A stretch of DNA of 64,000 bases, taken from Eledone cirrhosa. Lineage: Eukaryota. This document shows positions 1-12,537 of this stretch, in pieces. The stretch covers positions 350,548,001-350,612,000 of the forward strand of contig OZ024741.1 of NCBI GenBank assembly GCA_964016885.1, given 5' to 3'. The notes beneath the pieces are model-generated. The model made no database searches, was not told the DNA's origin, and saw nothing but the letters and a program-made list of their open reading frames with translations. Position numbers and translations under genes: made by a program. How positions within the stretch are numbered: the first letter of the stretch is position 1; each line of letters opens with the position of its first letter.

Positions 1-328
1 TTTTGTGGAGGAGGAGGCAACAGGGTAGGGGTAGGTGTATTTTATGTAAAGAATATTTAAGGAAAATGGAAGTGTATGACTGCCAGTGCCCAGAGGCTTT
101 TTATGTATGTATAGACCTGCTTTTTAGAGTGTCTGCAACTGATCAGGTGTGAAGTATATGGAATGTATGAGCAAGATAGTATTCTCCAACCCCATGTCAG
201 TATGGAAAAGCAAACATAAAAAATGATGATGATGAGTTTGATTATGACAAAATTGAAATTATATGAAATAGTATCTATCAGAGGTAATTTTTAAGCTTTT
301 TCAATGTTTCTTTCATCTTCTTCTTCAG

Positions 329-540
329 AACCCATGAAAGGCAAAAGTTATCAAACAAACCGTCGCATCAATCAAGGTAGTCCTGGTCGTACCGATAACC
401 TTAGTCACACCACGGCTGTCAATAAATGTTCCTCGTCTGATAACAGCTTTCACGACTTTCTCTGGCCACATATTGAGCTAGCATTCAACAAAGGTTTTGA
501 TGACAATGTTGGTAAAAGACAGGTGCCAGCATTGTTTGAG
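329..540 (+). CDS. SMG8: SMG8 coding exon a (first in window; gene starts upstream)
   Basis: Acceptor ttcttcag| and donor GAG|gtgtgt. Encodes ...FHDFLWPHIELAFNKGFDDNVGKRQVPALFE, matching the recalled SMG8 segment FLWQHVELVLSKKGFDDSVGR. Confidence 0.9.
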
Positions 541-621
541 GTGTGTGGCTAACTTTGCAGTGTTTTATTTTATTTTGTTTTTTGATTAATTTACTTTCTA
601 TATGTTTTTACTTCCAAATCT

Positions 622-850
622 TTAGCCCTTTAGCATTTACATTACTCTATATTTACTATTGTATTTTCACGGTAAAGGCTTTACTTCATATAATTATTTC
701 GCATAATATTGGATCTATGAGATTTTGATATTATTTATTTTGAGAACAATGCCTTAACATAAGTATGAACAGCTGGTTATGTCTGGTTTGAACAGAAACA
801 GTGAGAGAATTCTGGCCAGATACAGCCGGTTTAAATGCTAAAGGATTTAT
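622..850. mobile_element. piggyBac-type TTAA MITE, family A (about 225 bp)
   Basis: TIR CCCTTTAGCATTTA with TTAA-like flanks. Homologous copies at about 21673-22087, 31005-31230, 44053-44281 and 44845-45071. Confidence 0.8.
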
Positions 851-1899
851 GCTTAGCTGACAGTGGTGAGGAGAGTCATATGATTTCATTTAGATAGTTT
901 TTGACCGAATATGAATATTTAAAAAAATATTTGAAATGTTAAAATCCAAATACAGATTTGATACAATAATAATAGCGTTAGAAAACTGGGTTAAATACCT
1001 TTTGAGACAAAAAATAAATGGCCAGCGAATCTGTTTGGATTTTAACATTTCAAATTATCCAAATACCTCGATATAGCGTAAGATTTTTTTTAAATGTCAT
1101 TTTTATTTATTTTGAAAGTTTTTCATAAGGTTCCGTACAATAGCTTGAAAACGAAACCTTATGGTTGCAAAAGTATCTTCCTAACGATTTGGTCATGTCA
1201 GCACTCTCTGCACAGGAGGCCTCTACATCGTCACTCAACCTGCTAGAGATAGCAGATAAATCTCTCTCAAATGATATGCTACTGTCTTAGAAAAAAGCAT
1301 ATTGGAACAATATGATCCTGGGTTCCTTGCATGTGGGAAAATGGTGTGTTGGTCACATTTCTTTTTTGGGTCATATATTCCTTGGCTTATATTTGAGTAT
1401 ATACGGTATATATGTGTGTGAGCAGTCATGTAGTTGGGGGCAAGGCATTTTAAGAGGAAGTCGCTGTGTAGTATGTTGTATTTTTTTGTGGGTGGTGACC
1501 TGGGGTTTGTGAGGGGAAGCTCAAATGCTGCCCCAGTTACACTACTGCTGCCTCTAGTTACACTACTGTCTGTATGTATGTCTTGTGATACCATTTACAA
1601 TGACTGGTGGAGTTTATTTCTGTCTTCCATGAAACTTTTGGTTTGACAGAGGTCACCAGTGTATACTCTACTTTAGGAAATAAAGTATGGATTGGCATCA
1701 GAAAGGGCATCTGATGGGTAGGAAAAAAACTGCCTCAAAAGTCTTATTTAACTCATAATAGCATGGAAAAGCAGATGCAAAGACTATGGTAATTAATGTG
1801 GAGCAATTTGATTGAGAAAGCACACATTTTATTTCTGAAACCACAGTAGTGACATGGCAGATAATCTCTCTTTCTTTCTATCGCTCTTTCTTTCTGCAG

Positions 1900-2039
1900 A
1901 TGGCCACAGCTAGCACCTGGTTCACATTGGCATCAAAACTTTACCAGTTATACTTCAATGAACTGCCAGAGACTAAAGCACAAAGCTTCTTCAATAAGAT
2001 GAGAACCAAACTTGATGTTGATATTAGATTTTCTGAGAA
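1900..2039 (+). CDS. SMG8: SMG8 exon b
   Basis: ctgcag|ATG...GAGAA|gtaagg; MATASTWFTLASKLYQL...LDVDIRFSE(N), compare SMG8 ASKLY...LDIDTKFSEN. Confidence 0.92.
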
Positions 2040-2179
2040 GTAAGGATGCATATCAGTTTGGGGGAATTTGACACACATCTCTGTCTTTTCTTATTCATTT
2101 TCCTTCTTTAATGTTCTTGCATTTTTAATTCTTTCTTTGTACTTCTTCCTTCTTCTTCCTAACATTCTCTGATGAATTC

Positions 2180-2620
2180 CTACACTTCAAACAAAAGGGC
2201 TTCTGATGAGTTAAGTAGTACCATGTCGTCTGCAAATTACGGCCGACTGATCTTACACCCACCAGTCTTGACACTACTTCCAACCTGGCTGTGCATGTCA
2301 GTTCATGAAGATTATGAACAGGAGAGGTGACAGTATGCATCCTCGGCTGAGTCCCACATTGAATGGTTTCAACTTAGCACCAGTTATCCGAACACAATTA
2401 CTAGGCCATTTGTACAGGGACATCAAGGCAGCAGTAAGCTGTCCATCGATCCCATACTCATACAGAACCTTCCATCACAAGTCCCATGGAATGTGGTCAT
2501 ATGCCTTTTTGAGCTCTTTAACCTCCGAGAGGTTAGTCATCGCTCCCAGATGCGCCTTGTATACATCTGAAGATGCTGTTGTGACTTGGTTCAGGAGATC
2601 AGCAAAGTATTCTCTTCCCC
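2180..2620 (-). mobile_element. Degraded RTE LINE (Expander/Rex3-like) fragments
   Basis: Reverse complement resembles 41950-42830 (EYFADLLN.VTTASSD; GAKLKPFNVG..LSRGC.LS). Confidence 0.7.
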
Positions 2621-2794
2621 TTACGTACATCACATATATTCCCATATTCTACAAATTCAACTGGAACATTTTATCATAGCACCAGCACTAGGAAGGTTGT
2701 AATTTCTTTGGCAAAACTAAGTATATTTATATTTTTCTTGTTGTTTGTGACAATGATGTGATAGACTTTGGCGTTTTTATTTTATTCTGAACAG

Positions 2795-2882
2795 TCGCTG
2801 TAACAAAGTACTGCCTGTTGCAGAGACTGCATACCAAGAAGGCTTGCCAACCCACTACACAAATAGCTACCACCTCTCCAAG
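2795..2882 (+). CDS. SMG8: SMG8 exon c
   Basis: aacag|T...AAG|gttagt; RCNKVLPVAETAYQEGLPTHYTNSYHLSK. Phase matches both neighbours. Not in the ORF track. Confidence 0.92.
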
Positions 2883-3406
2883 GTTAGTATGTTTTCAACC
2901 AGTTTATTGGTTTTTGTAGATTAACAGATGGAGAAAAAAAGTCTACAAAAAAGAAGAAAAAAAAGAAAAGAATTTTTGAGATGATTTTATATTAACTCCT
3001 AACATACTGTAATGATTTAGCAAGAATATCTAAAAACATGGATTTTAAATTTAAATGTTTAATGTTTATGGACCTTTATGTTCTGAGTTCAAATCCCGCC
3101 GAGGTTAACTTTGCCTTTCATCCTTATGGGGTCAATAAAATAAAGTACCAATATTGCACTGGGGTCGATTTAATCAACTTTCCACTCCCTAAAAATTGTT
3201 GGTATTATGCCTACATGTAGAAACAATTATTTCAGATGTAATACATTCACTCTCACTCACACACACACACACTCTCACACATACACACTTTCTCATACTC
3301 ACACACACACTTTCTTATACATTTTCTCACACACACACTTCAGTTTCAAACAAACCATCCCAGTTGCTCACTGCTTATTCTTCTTCCTCCTCCTCTTACT
3401 TTTCAG

Positions 3407-3562
3407 TTTAACCAAGCCAAAAGGGTTTTTGCTCAGTATGCTCGAGGTGCTGCATATAAGAAATATCTCTGCCAGTTGGAGGAAGCTTGTGAGAAGTGGT
3501 GGAAAAGTGGGCGGCAGTTGTGTGAAGAGATCAGTCTGACTGGACAACACTGTGTAAATCCG
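3407..3562 (+). CDS. SMG8: SMG8 exon d
   Basis: tttcag|TTT...CCG|gtgagc; FNQAKRVFAQYARGAAYKKYLCQLEEACEKWWKSGRQLCEEISLTGQHCVNP. Confidence 0.93.
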
Positions 3563-3595
3563 GTGAGCAATGTTTGTGGATTTTTGTATTGATAT

Positions 3596-4552
3596 ATATG
3601 AAGGTCTACTGAAAAGTTCATAGGCTGGCCAAGATACTCTCATGGAATGTGACCAAATGAGGTTAATTTTTCAACATAGCCTCCCTTGCGTTCCATACAC
3701 TTCTTCCATCAGTGTTGATTTGCATGGATCCCATTGGTGAAGCAGTTTTCATCCTCATGGTAAAAAAAAGTCATCAGCAGTAGATATGAATGTGATACTG
3801 ATTCCCAGCCAAGTGTTTTTTTTTTTTGGCTTAGTGGTTAGAGCATTGGGTTTGTGAGTTCAATTCTCGGATCGGGTGATGTGTTGTTTCCTTGAGCAAG
3901 ACACTTTATTTCACATTACTCCAGTTTACTCAGCTGTAGAAATGAGATGATAGGATTGGGGTCCCTATCATTTCACTGCAAAGTGGTTGTGGAGGTGCCA
4001 CAGCAAAAAAGCACCCAGCCCACACTGTAAAGTGGACGTGTAGGCGCCACAGAAAAAAAGCACCTTGCACTCACTGTAAATGAGGTTGTTAGGAAGGGCA
4101 TCCAGCTGTAGAAATCAAACCAGAATCAGTTCCCGTATGAGCACGACAAGGTCAACCAACCGGACACTGCCCACAACAGGTCAACCCGTCTAACCCATGC
4201 TAGTGTGGAAGAACGGACGTAAAACAGGGATGATGATGATGGGGAATAGATGATAGTCAGATGGGGCCAAATCAGAATAGGAAGGGTGATGAACCAGTTC
4301 AAAGCCACATTCATACACAGCAGCCATTAAAACCAAGGACTTGTGCTGGGGCATTTACCTTTCGCCGGTTTTCTTGCACATTTGGTCTTGATAGTCTTTC
4401 GTAACTGCCTCAGCAAGTTGGCATAGTACTCTCCATTGATGGTGTGGCCTTTTTGAAGATAGTCAATAAACGCAATGCCTTTTGCATCCCAAAAAACTGA
4501 GGCCATCACCTTCTCTGTAGATAAAACAACCATGGCTTTCTTTGGAGCAGGT
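3596..4552 (-). mobile_element. Mariner transposon remnant interrupted by a SINE
   Basis: Minus strand reads KVMASVFWDAKG..IDYL.KG.TINGEYY, GFELVHHPSYSDLAP and WKKCMERKGGYVEK*. TIR-like GGTCTACTGAAAAGTTCATAGGCT near 3603. Confidence 0.85.
3828..4242 (+). mobile_element. tRNA-derived SINE with RTE-derived 3' tail and (GAT)n end
   Basis: A-box TGGCTTAGTGG and B-box GAGTTCAATTC. The 3' half matches the RTE 3'UTR at 48980-49242. Related copies at 32580-32963, 50365-50790 and 62276-62594 (all -). Confidence 0.8.
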
Positions 4553-5000
4553 GATATGGTGCCTGTGTGAAATGCGCGATGCTGCATGGTAGTGAGACAT
4601 GGGGAGCAGCTGCAGAGGATATGCGACGGCTGGAGAGAAATGAAGCAAACATGCTCTGTTGGATGTGCAATGTCAATGTGCGTGAAGGACCAAGCATAGA
4701 TGAGTTGAGAGAGAAACTGTGTATAAGAGGGATAAGTTGTAGTGTGCGGGAGAGAAGACTGTGATGGTATGGACATGTGATGCGCATGGAGGATGACCAC
4801 TGGGTAAAGAAGTGCCAAGGAATCACAGTAGAAGGAAGACCACAAAAAACATGGGCGTAGGTGGTGAGAGCAGACCTCAGATCACTGAAGCTCACAGAGG
4901 AGATGACGAAGGACTGTGACAAATGGAGAGATGCTGTGCTGAATAGGAGCCGTCCCACCCTTGCAAGCAGAGAAAAGCGGACGTAAAATGATGATGATGA
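4553..5000 (+). mobile_element. RTE LINE family B, 5'-truncated 3' fragment
   Basis: MLHGSETW...RRLERNE...ERRL, then a GGACGTAAAA(TGA)n tail. Confidence 0.88.
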
Positions 5001-5834
5001 AGTCATGTTCCATATTATACTAACAGCTTTTTTGCATAATGTCATTGTAATATTTCAACATCTGTGTAGATGTTCTTTCTAATTTGACTAGGTTTTTCTG
5101 GTTGTATACATTTTAATTTTTAGCATGTTCTAGGCGACATAAGGTGCTGATACAGTAATCTCCCCTTAAGACATAATGCAGTGTCAAGGGAAGTAATTCA
5201 TAAAAGTTTCTAGCGTGCTAACGGTTAAAGTTTCTGACACCCCTTAAAGGGCAATACACATAGGAATTTATTTCATTTATTTTCATTTTTATAATGCTTT
5301 GATTCCATATGTTGGTATCTTACTATGGTAAAAAACGAAATTTTTTCTTGATTTCCTTGTCTATTGATCTTTCTCTGTTGATGCCGAAGTGCTCGGAAAA
5401 TGAATATAATTCTACCTATACTCTCGATATACTTTTTATTATATTTATTTATTTTTTTGTATCATTTTGGCCCTCACTACGATTGTTAATAACACTGGTG
5501 TTATATGACAATCTGCCGATAGTGTTATTGACACTGTTACTAATGTTTTTGTTATATTTATATTTATATTATTATTATTATTGTTGGACACCATGCTTTG
5601 CGGCATGGAGTTACATTCTGAGTTCAAATCCCGCCAAGGTTAGCTTTGCCTTTCAACATTACAGGGTCGATAAAATAAAGTACCAGTAACACATTGGGGT
5701 TGATTTAATCAACTTTCCCCTCTCCTCAAATTGCTGGCCTTGTGCCAAATTCAAAAAGCATTATTATTATGGCTATCATCTCTAGCAAGGTTTCATTGCA
5801 CTATATTTCCATTATATATACTATTGCTGAGTGA

Positions 5835-6130
5835 GTACACTACATGTTGTGACACGTTCTCTGCCTTCAACTCAGTCGATTCGGCCACAAACCATGGCAC
5901 TGTAGCTCGCAATGCAGAAGAGAGGAAGACAAACAAATACCGGAGCTTGTCCGGCCGCATCCTCTTCACACTGGTCACTGTCAAGACCTCAGGCATCCTG
6001 GGACCCCGTACTGCTCCTTTGCAAAATCGGAATATCAGCAGCCCGTCTGAAGAAGGAGCTCTGCGAGTTTAGGTGGCTGTTACAGTATGTGTTGCTGGCC
6101 ATTGTCCGCTGAAATGCCTTTGCAGTTTTG
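5835..6130 (+). mobile_element. CRE-type non-LTR element remnant (REL endonuclease C-terminus)
   Basis: TCCDTF...ARNAEERKTNKY..L...F..V.V.TSG.LGP...KIG...WLLQ...AIVR matches the pattern of CRE-clade C-termini; frameshifted. Confidence 0.6.
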
Positions 6131-6409
6131 TCCACAAGGTGCAGCCCAAACACTGCCCTGCCCAAGGCACAGAGCCGGCCACGCTCTCCCTTTCTTCTGT
6201 GACCCAAGAGATCTTGCTTTTTTCCTCCTTTTCCTCTCAGTTATTGCATTTATGGTCTTTTCCCTTTTAGTATATAAAGATAGTGTATGCTTTGATACAC
6301 ACTCCTTTCATGCTTAAACACTGTCTTAGTGTTACTGCCAATATAATAACAGTTAAAAAAGGCACTTAATACATTAGTCGAGTGTAAGCATCATTATTTA
6401 ATATAGAAA

Positions 6410-6798
6410 GGGCGGTGAATTGGCAGTATCGGTAGAGGGTTGGACGCCATGCTTTCTAGCATAGTTACGTCCCTTTACAGTCTGAGTTCAAATCCCGCCG
6501 AGGTTAACTTTGCCTTTCATCCTTACGGGGTCGATAAAATAAAGTACCAGTAATGTACTGGGTATTTGCTGGCCTTGTGCCTAAAGTAGAAACAATTATT
6601 TAATATAGAAAGGGCGGTGGATTCGCAGTATCGGTAGAAGGTCGGATACCATGCTTTGCAGCAAAGAGTTACGACCCTTTATGATCTGAGTTCAAATCCC
6701 GCTGAGGTTAACTTTGCCTTTCATCCTTATGGAGTCGATAAAATAAAATACCAGTAATGCACTGAGTAGTTGCTGGCCTTGTGCCAAAAGTAGAAACG
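6410..6798 (+). mobile_element. Two tandem tRNA-derived SINEs with a Meta-domain-like core
   Basis: A-box TGGCAGTATCGG, B-box GAGTTCAAATCC and core GCCTTTCATCCTTACGGGGTCGATAAAATAAAGTACCAG. Other copies at about 3070-3230, 5587-5770, 16199-16390, 16748-17180, 30530-30695, 38100-38326(-) and 46670-46862(-). Confidence 0.85.
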
Positions 6799-7615
6799 AT
6801 TATTTAATATAGAAATGTCAAGTGACATTCCTGATGATTTCATATGAATGAAACAGTTCTAGTCCACAGAAGTCATTTCTCTCTCTCTCTCTCTCTACAC
6901 ACACACATACACACATATTTCTAGCAAGTGGTGTTGATATGGTGTAAAGGCATATTTAGTAACAACCAAAATTAGGATATTAAGTCTGAGTGCACTACAA
7001 TTATGTGAAATGAAGCATGCAGGTCCTGTTGTTTAGAAATGAAACTTAATACCAGTAATTTATGGAGGTATTATCATGAAGCTCACACATTTTTCATGTA
7101 AACTTCGTGATTTATTTTGCATGCCTGCAATTTACCTCATTTATTGTCTCATTGAGTCTGCACAACTAACGACATGTTAGTAGGTGTGTATGTATGTAAG
7201 TACAAGGACAGGCTTTGAAGGAGTGATGCTAGAGGTGTGAAATCTTGCATGCATTAATTTCAACTCTTCTTATTAATAACTGCATTGTTTCTTTCTAGAG
7301 ACAATGTTTAAAAATAAACCTTATTTGGTCATTCCATGAGTATATTTTGGTTAGCCTATGAACTTTCCATCAGACCCTAGCATGTATGTCTGTGTGGTGT
7401 GTATATATGTATGTATGTATGTGTGTGGATGGATGGATTACCGGATAGGTGTGCGGGAGAGAGAGTGAGTGGGTGTATATGTGTGAGTTTGTGAAATATT
7501 GTTTGTGAACTAAGGTTCCACTGTATATTTAAAATCCTTCCATCAGCAGCTCCCTCCTGTTCCCTCTCTCTTTCATCGGCTATTTCATATTGACATCATC
7601 TTACTGTTTTCTCAG

Positions 7616-7756
7616 CTACACCGACTTCCTGATACTGTTGAAACTGAAGAGAACAAGCACCTTCCTGTGATGTATCACTCCAGCCAGCTGAAGACCAAAG
7701 CAGCATGCAACTGTGGCAGAAAACAGGCAGATAAGGAGGATCCATTCAACCATGAG
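7616..7756 (+). CDS. SMG8: SMG8 exon e
   Basis: ctcag|CTA...GAG|gtaact; LHRLP...VMYHSS...ACNCGRKQADKEDPF, compare SMG8 ACNCGRKQAPRDDPF. Confidence 0.93.
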
Positions 7757-8419
7757 GTAACTCTATTTATCTATTTATTGTTTGTGTGAGTGTCCATTTG
7801 TGAGTGTGCATGTATGTGTGTGAAAGAGTTGGTGTGAAGTTGGTTGGTTGGCTGAGTTTATGATAGTGATTATGTGAAACTGACTACATATTACTGACTG
7901 AATGACTGGTTGTATGTGTGATTGACTGATTGTATGTATGTATCACTGTAAGTATGACTAACTGAATATGTGGATTGAGTGTTTGTGTGTTACTGACTGA
8001 CTGTCTGACAGTACATATGACTGATTATGTGGGCTGGCTGTATGTGTGGACTGACTGGCTGTGTGGGATTGATAGTGTCTCTGTGTGCATATTTCTGCAT
8101 AAGCTGGGGTTTTAAAGTCAAATAAAAAATATGCCATTTATTACATCCCCAAGTCCTTGACAACCTGCAATTCATGCCCCACTTATAATCATACTTGGCT
8201 GCCTCTAAGTAGCTGAATAAAAAAACAAAACAAAAGAAAACAATGTGTTGTTATATGTGTCCTTACACACTCGCACATACTCACACACTCAAACACACAC
8301 AGAGACTCATACACAAACACACACATTCACTTCTTCACCACCACCTCCTCCTCAAGCCTTTTCTTCCATGTTTAAAACTATTTCATACCACTTGTTTTGT
8401 TCATAGCCACTGGTCAACA

Positions 8420-9131
8420 ACATAAGACATGTGTCCACTTTAACAAAGCAGACATAAGACATGTGTCCAGTTTGTCATAGCAGACAATATTTGTCCACTT
8501 TGTCATATCAGACATATGACATGTGTCCACTGTATCATATCAGACATATGACATGTGTCCATTTTGTCATATCAATCATAAGACGTGTCCAGTTTGTCAT
8601 AGCAGACATAAGACATGTGTCCACTTTGTCATATCAGACATAAGACGTGTCCAATTTGTCATAGCAGACATAAGACATGTGTCCACTTTGTCATATCAGA
8701 CATAAGACATGTGTCCACTGTATCATATCAGACATAAGACATGTGTCCACTTTGTCATATCAGACATAAGACGTGTCCAATTTGTCATATCAGACATAAG
8801 ACGTGTCCAATTTGTCATAGCAGACATAAGACATGTGTCCACTTTGTCATATCAGACATAAGACGTGTCCAATTTGTCATAGCAGACATAAGACATGTGT
8901 CCACTTTGTCATATCAGACATAAGACGTGTCCAATTTGTCATAGCAGACATAAGACATGTGTCCAATTTGTCATAGCAGACATAAGACATGTGTCCACTT
9001 TGTCATATCAGACATAAGACGTGTCCAATTTGTCATAGCAGACATAAGACATGTCTAATTTGTCATAGCAGACACAAAACATGTGTCCACTTTGTCATAT
9101 CAGACACAAGACATGTGTCCACTTTGTCATA
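8420..9131. repeat. Minisatellite of 30/32-bp units
   Basis: CAGACATAAGACGTGTCCAATTTGTCATAG (30 bp) and CAGACATAAGACATGTGTCCACTTTGTCATAT (32 bp), roughly 22 units. Confidence 0.97.
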
Positions 9132-9457
9132 CTAGTGAAAGTAAAGCAAACATTCCCAGTGGGCACTCTAATTCAAGGAACGTATTTCAGGACTTAGTTT
9201 TATATAAACTCTATTTTACTAAATCTGGGTGCGTACCATTGAAATGTAGGGGCAGTGCCGTCCTGATGCCTCTCCCTCTCTTGCCTTGGCAACAAACCCA
9301 TTTATTGGTCTGTTTGATCATTGATGAGCTGAGGCTAAACAATAACAACTTCCATTCTTTCATTCACATCTATTAAAATCAATTTTATATATCTAGAATC
9401 ATTTTAAGCCATGATTATCCACTAGTAACTACCAATAGATTTCTTCCTTCATGTATT

Positions 9458-9690
9458 TTAATCCTTTTGATATCAAACTACCTGAAACTACCCCTGGTCC
9501 TATGATATAAAACTGCTAGTTTTAAAGTAGTCATACTTATATTAAAACCTTCTAACATTATTTTATGTAAGAAATATTTAAGTTATGTTAATGAAATTAA
9601 TAAATGCCTCAATTTTTTTTTATTTTCAAGATTTAATTAAAACACATTAGCAAGCTATTTCTTTAGTAATATGCTAATGAAAAGGTTAAG
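9458..9690. mobile_element. TTAA-flanked MITE, family B (degraded)
   Basis: TTAA-CCTTTTGATA...AAAAGG-TTAA. Related copies near 11232-11430, 18478-18690, 21610-22230, 36050-36253, 40997-41220 and 46160-46430. Confidence 0.55.
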
Positions 9691-10295
9691 GACATTTTCC
9701 TGATTGAGCTGGGGTTAGCCCTGCCGGGATCTTTCTGGGGTCCTTTCTAAGGAATGATTTACAGACACTTGCTCTTCTTGGTGCAAATCCTTTTAACCAC
9801 TTCTTATGACATGCAAAGATATGGTATACATATTTCAAACCAGAATGGAAATGTGTTGAACTAGTTTTTGTTTTTTTTCTCTACTAACCCGTAACTCCCG
9901 ATGGACATACAGTGTTTCTTGGGTATTTTAAAAATTTGGTGGAGCCCATCTCCTCTCCAGGTCTGAGCACAGCAGATTTCTTCCAGAGAAGGGTAGAAAG
10001 TGAAAGAGAGTGAGAGAGAAGTAAGAAAGACATATAGAGAAAGAATCAGCCGCAGTACTAGACTGGAACTTTTTTTAGTTGATCTTGACGAGATGAAAGG
10101 GAAAGTTGACTTCAGTAGGATTTGAACTCAGAGAGCAAAGAGCCGGAATGAACACTGCAAAGCATTCTATCCGATGTTCTAATGACTATCATTTTGGCAC
10201 CGTCATAGTTTTTTTTTTTTTCTCTTTTTCTTTTTTCTTTTTTTTTTAATTAATGTATTAATATAATTAGAATATTTAAAAAATTTTTTTATCAG

Positions 10296-10494
10296 GCAGC
10301 AAATTTTGAATTCTATGACAGTTTGGAGAAAATTTGCTGCTCCAGTTTACAACATATTGAACTACCTGTTTTCAAACCAGGAACAGACAGCTTTCAAGCA
10401 TCTCCTCTTGTCAAACCCAGCATTAATCTTCGAGATGGCTCTAAAGGTGACATCACACATGGAATTGGAAACCTCAGCTTAGCATTAAGTCTTG
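10296..10494 (+). CDS. SMG8: SMG8 exon f
   Basis: atcag|GCA...CTTG|gtaaga; AANFEFYDSLEKICC...LPVF...LSLALSLG. Confidence 0.92.
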
Positions 10495-11665
10495 GTAAGA
10501 TTCTAACCTGTCTCATTTGAAATAGAAGCCAATTGTATTTACCACACCTTTTGTTTCACGCTGTTTTCTGTGTTTTTAATTTATTATTTATGTGTGTATG
10601 TGTGGGTGCATAGGTGGCATGTGGCTCGCTATATATATATGTATGTATTTTTTTATATTCTGTAGATTATAGAAGTTGCCATATGCTCAGGCAGACTGAA
10701 GAGATTTCTCCACTCTATAAAACATGAGTCTGATCATCATCATCACGGACATTAGATAATGATGAGGGTGAGACTTGAACTTTATAGAAGAGTAAAGACT
10801 CTTCAGTCTTGCCAAGCATATGGTAACCTTTATAGTGTTAATGCCTCATTAAAATGCACCCAGTGTACTCTGTAAAGTTGAAGTACTGGTGCCACGAAAA
10901 ATACACTTGGTACACCCTGTAAAGTGGTTGGCCTTAGGAAGGGCATCTAGCCATAGAAATCATGCCAAATATAAAATGTGTGGGCAAGGTATGGTTCCCC
11001 AACTAGTCTAGTCTCAGATCGTGATAACTCATCCAACCATACCCTAGTATTTGTGTTCGTATAAATAGTGCTAAGTTGAGACAATTCTACCATTTAAAAA
11101 AAAAAGGAAACACATATTAATTGATCTTGTCCAAGATGGACTATTTGAAGTTTTGATGTATACATGTTAAGAGGAGTGGCATAACTAGGGCTCCTGATCC
11201 CTGGCAACAAAATTTGACACCTTCACTTTAATTAACCCTTTTGATATCAACTCACCCACCCAAAATCGCATTTGGTTCGTTGAAACGAAACCACTCATAT
11301 TAAAGAGTTCCTTTTTAAATAAATCCTTCCAACATAATTTTATATAAGAACATTTTATGTTACAAATATTATTTTAATGAAATTATAACTTGAGCAAATC
11401 CTTCTCCAAATTCTTCATCATTTAATTAAAATTTAAAGTATTTCATTAATAATACAGTAACAAAAGTTAACGAGCATAATAGATCAGAGGAAATTTTGTA
11501 CCACTTCATTTTTGTACTGGGGAAGAACTGTCACTCATTGCACCCTTGTTTCTATGACACTAGTTAAAATACAAAAGAAATATTTTTGAGAATTTTTGTC
11601 ATGTCTTTGACTCAACTGAAGGGTCCTCCAAAGCCTATTATCAGAAGGTATTTTGTCTGTTTCAG

Positions 11666-11770
11666 GTCAGTCAGGAAGTAGTGATCTTTTTGCATCTACT
11701 AATATGAATACAGAAAGTCTTGCTGAAGCTAGTAGCAGCCACCAACAAGAGATTCGCTTAACACAGCCAG
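11666..11770 (+). CDS. SMG8: SMG8 exon g (low-complexity linker)
   Basis: ttcag|GT...CCAG|gtaaat; (G)QSGSSDLFASTNMNTESLAEASSSHQQEIRLTQP. Phase 1/1 fits and it continues LSLGQS. Confidence 0.8.
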
Positions 11771-12502
11771 GTAAATCAGCACAAAACAAAAATTGTTTCT
11801 GTTTTTGAACATACCTTTATTTTGTAGAACATTCCCTTTAATTTTTCCCAATCACTGAGTGGAACATTTGCTGTTTTGAGCAAAAATAATTTTAATTCAA
11901 TGTTATAATTTCTGTATCCAGCCATGCCAGCTTGTCAACATATATTGTAGTTGTTAACTTTACTCTAAGTTATCTTAATTTTCAAAATATCTGTTTATTT
12001 TAAAATGCATTCTGCATGGATTTGTGACCTTGGGAAGGAAGATAACATTGGTATTTCCTATCTATCTTTTTGTTGATGCCATTGTCATTTTCCCTGTAAA
12101 GTTATGTATTTTGGTGGGAGTATTTATAAATGTTTCATTGTGTTTGTTTAAATATTTTGTAGGCTTTCTAAGACACCTTCGTAGGGATTTTAAGGCTTAT
12201 TTTGTGGTAATTTGTTACAATTACCATTCTGTCTAAGCATGCATATGTGCTAAGAGACATATCTGTGTCAAGAATTTATCATTTAACTGATATTCTGTGA
12301 TTACCCTGTCTTCTTTTCTGACATATTATATTCAGTATTATTTATTGTATATATTTATTTGTAAGGTATATATAGAATAGTGTTTGAGGAAAATTTGGCT
12401 GCAATTTCTTGCAACTGAGTAATGGGTTACTCATTAACTCTTCAAAAAGTGTCTGTGTGTGTGTATGTATATATATATCATCATCATCATCATTTTACGT
12501 CC

Positions 12503-12537
<35 letters not shown>

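Noticed and set aside
6410-6500. tRNA genes
   Set aside because: The A and B boxes belong to SINE heads with repeated SINE bodies and no proper cloverleaf.
8420-9131. CRISPR-like array
   Set aside because: The units are contiguous with no unique spacers, there are no cas genes, and the context is a eukaryotic intron.
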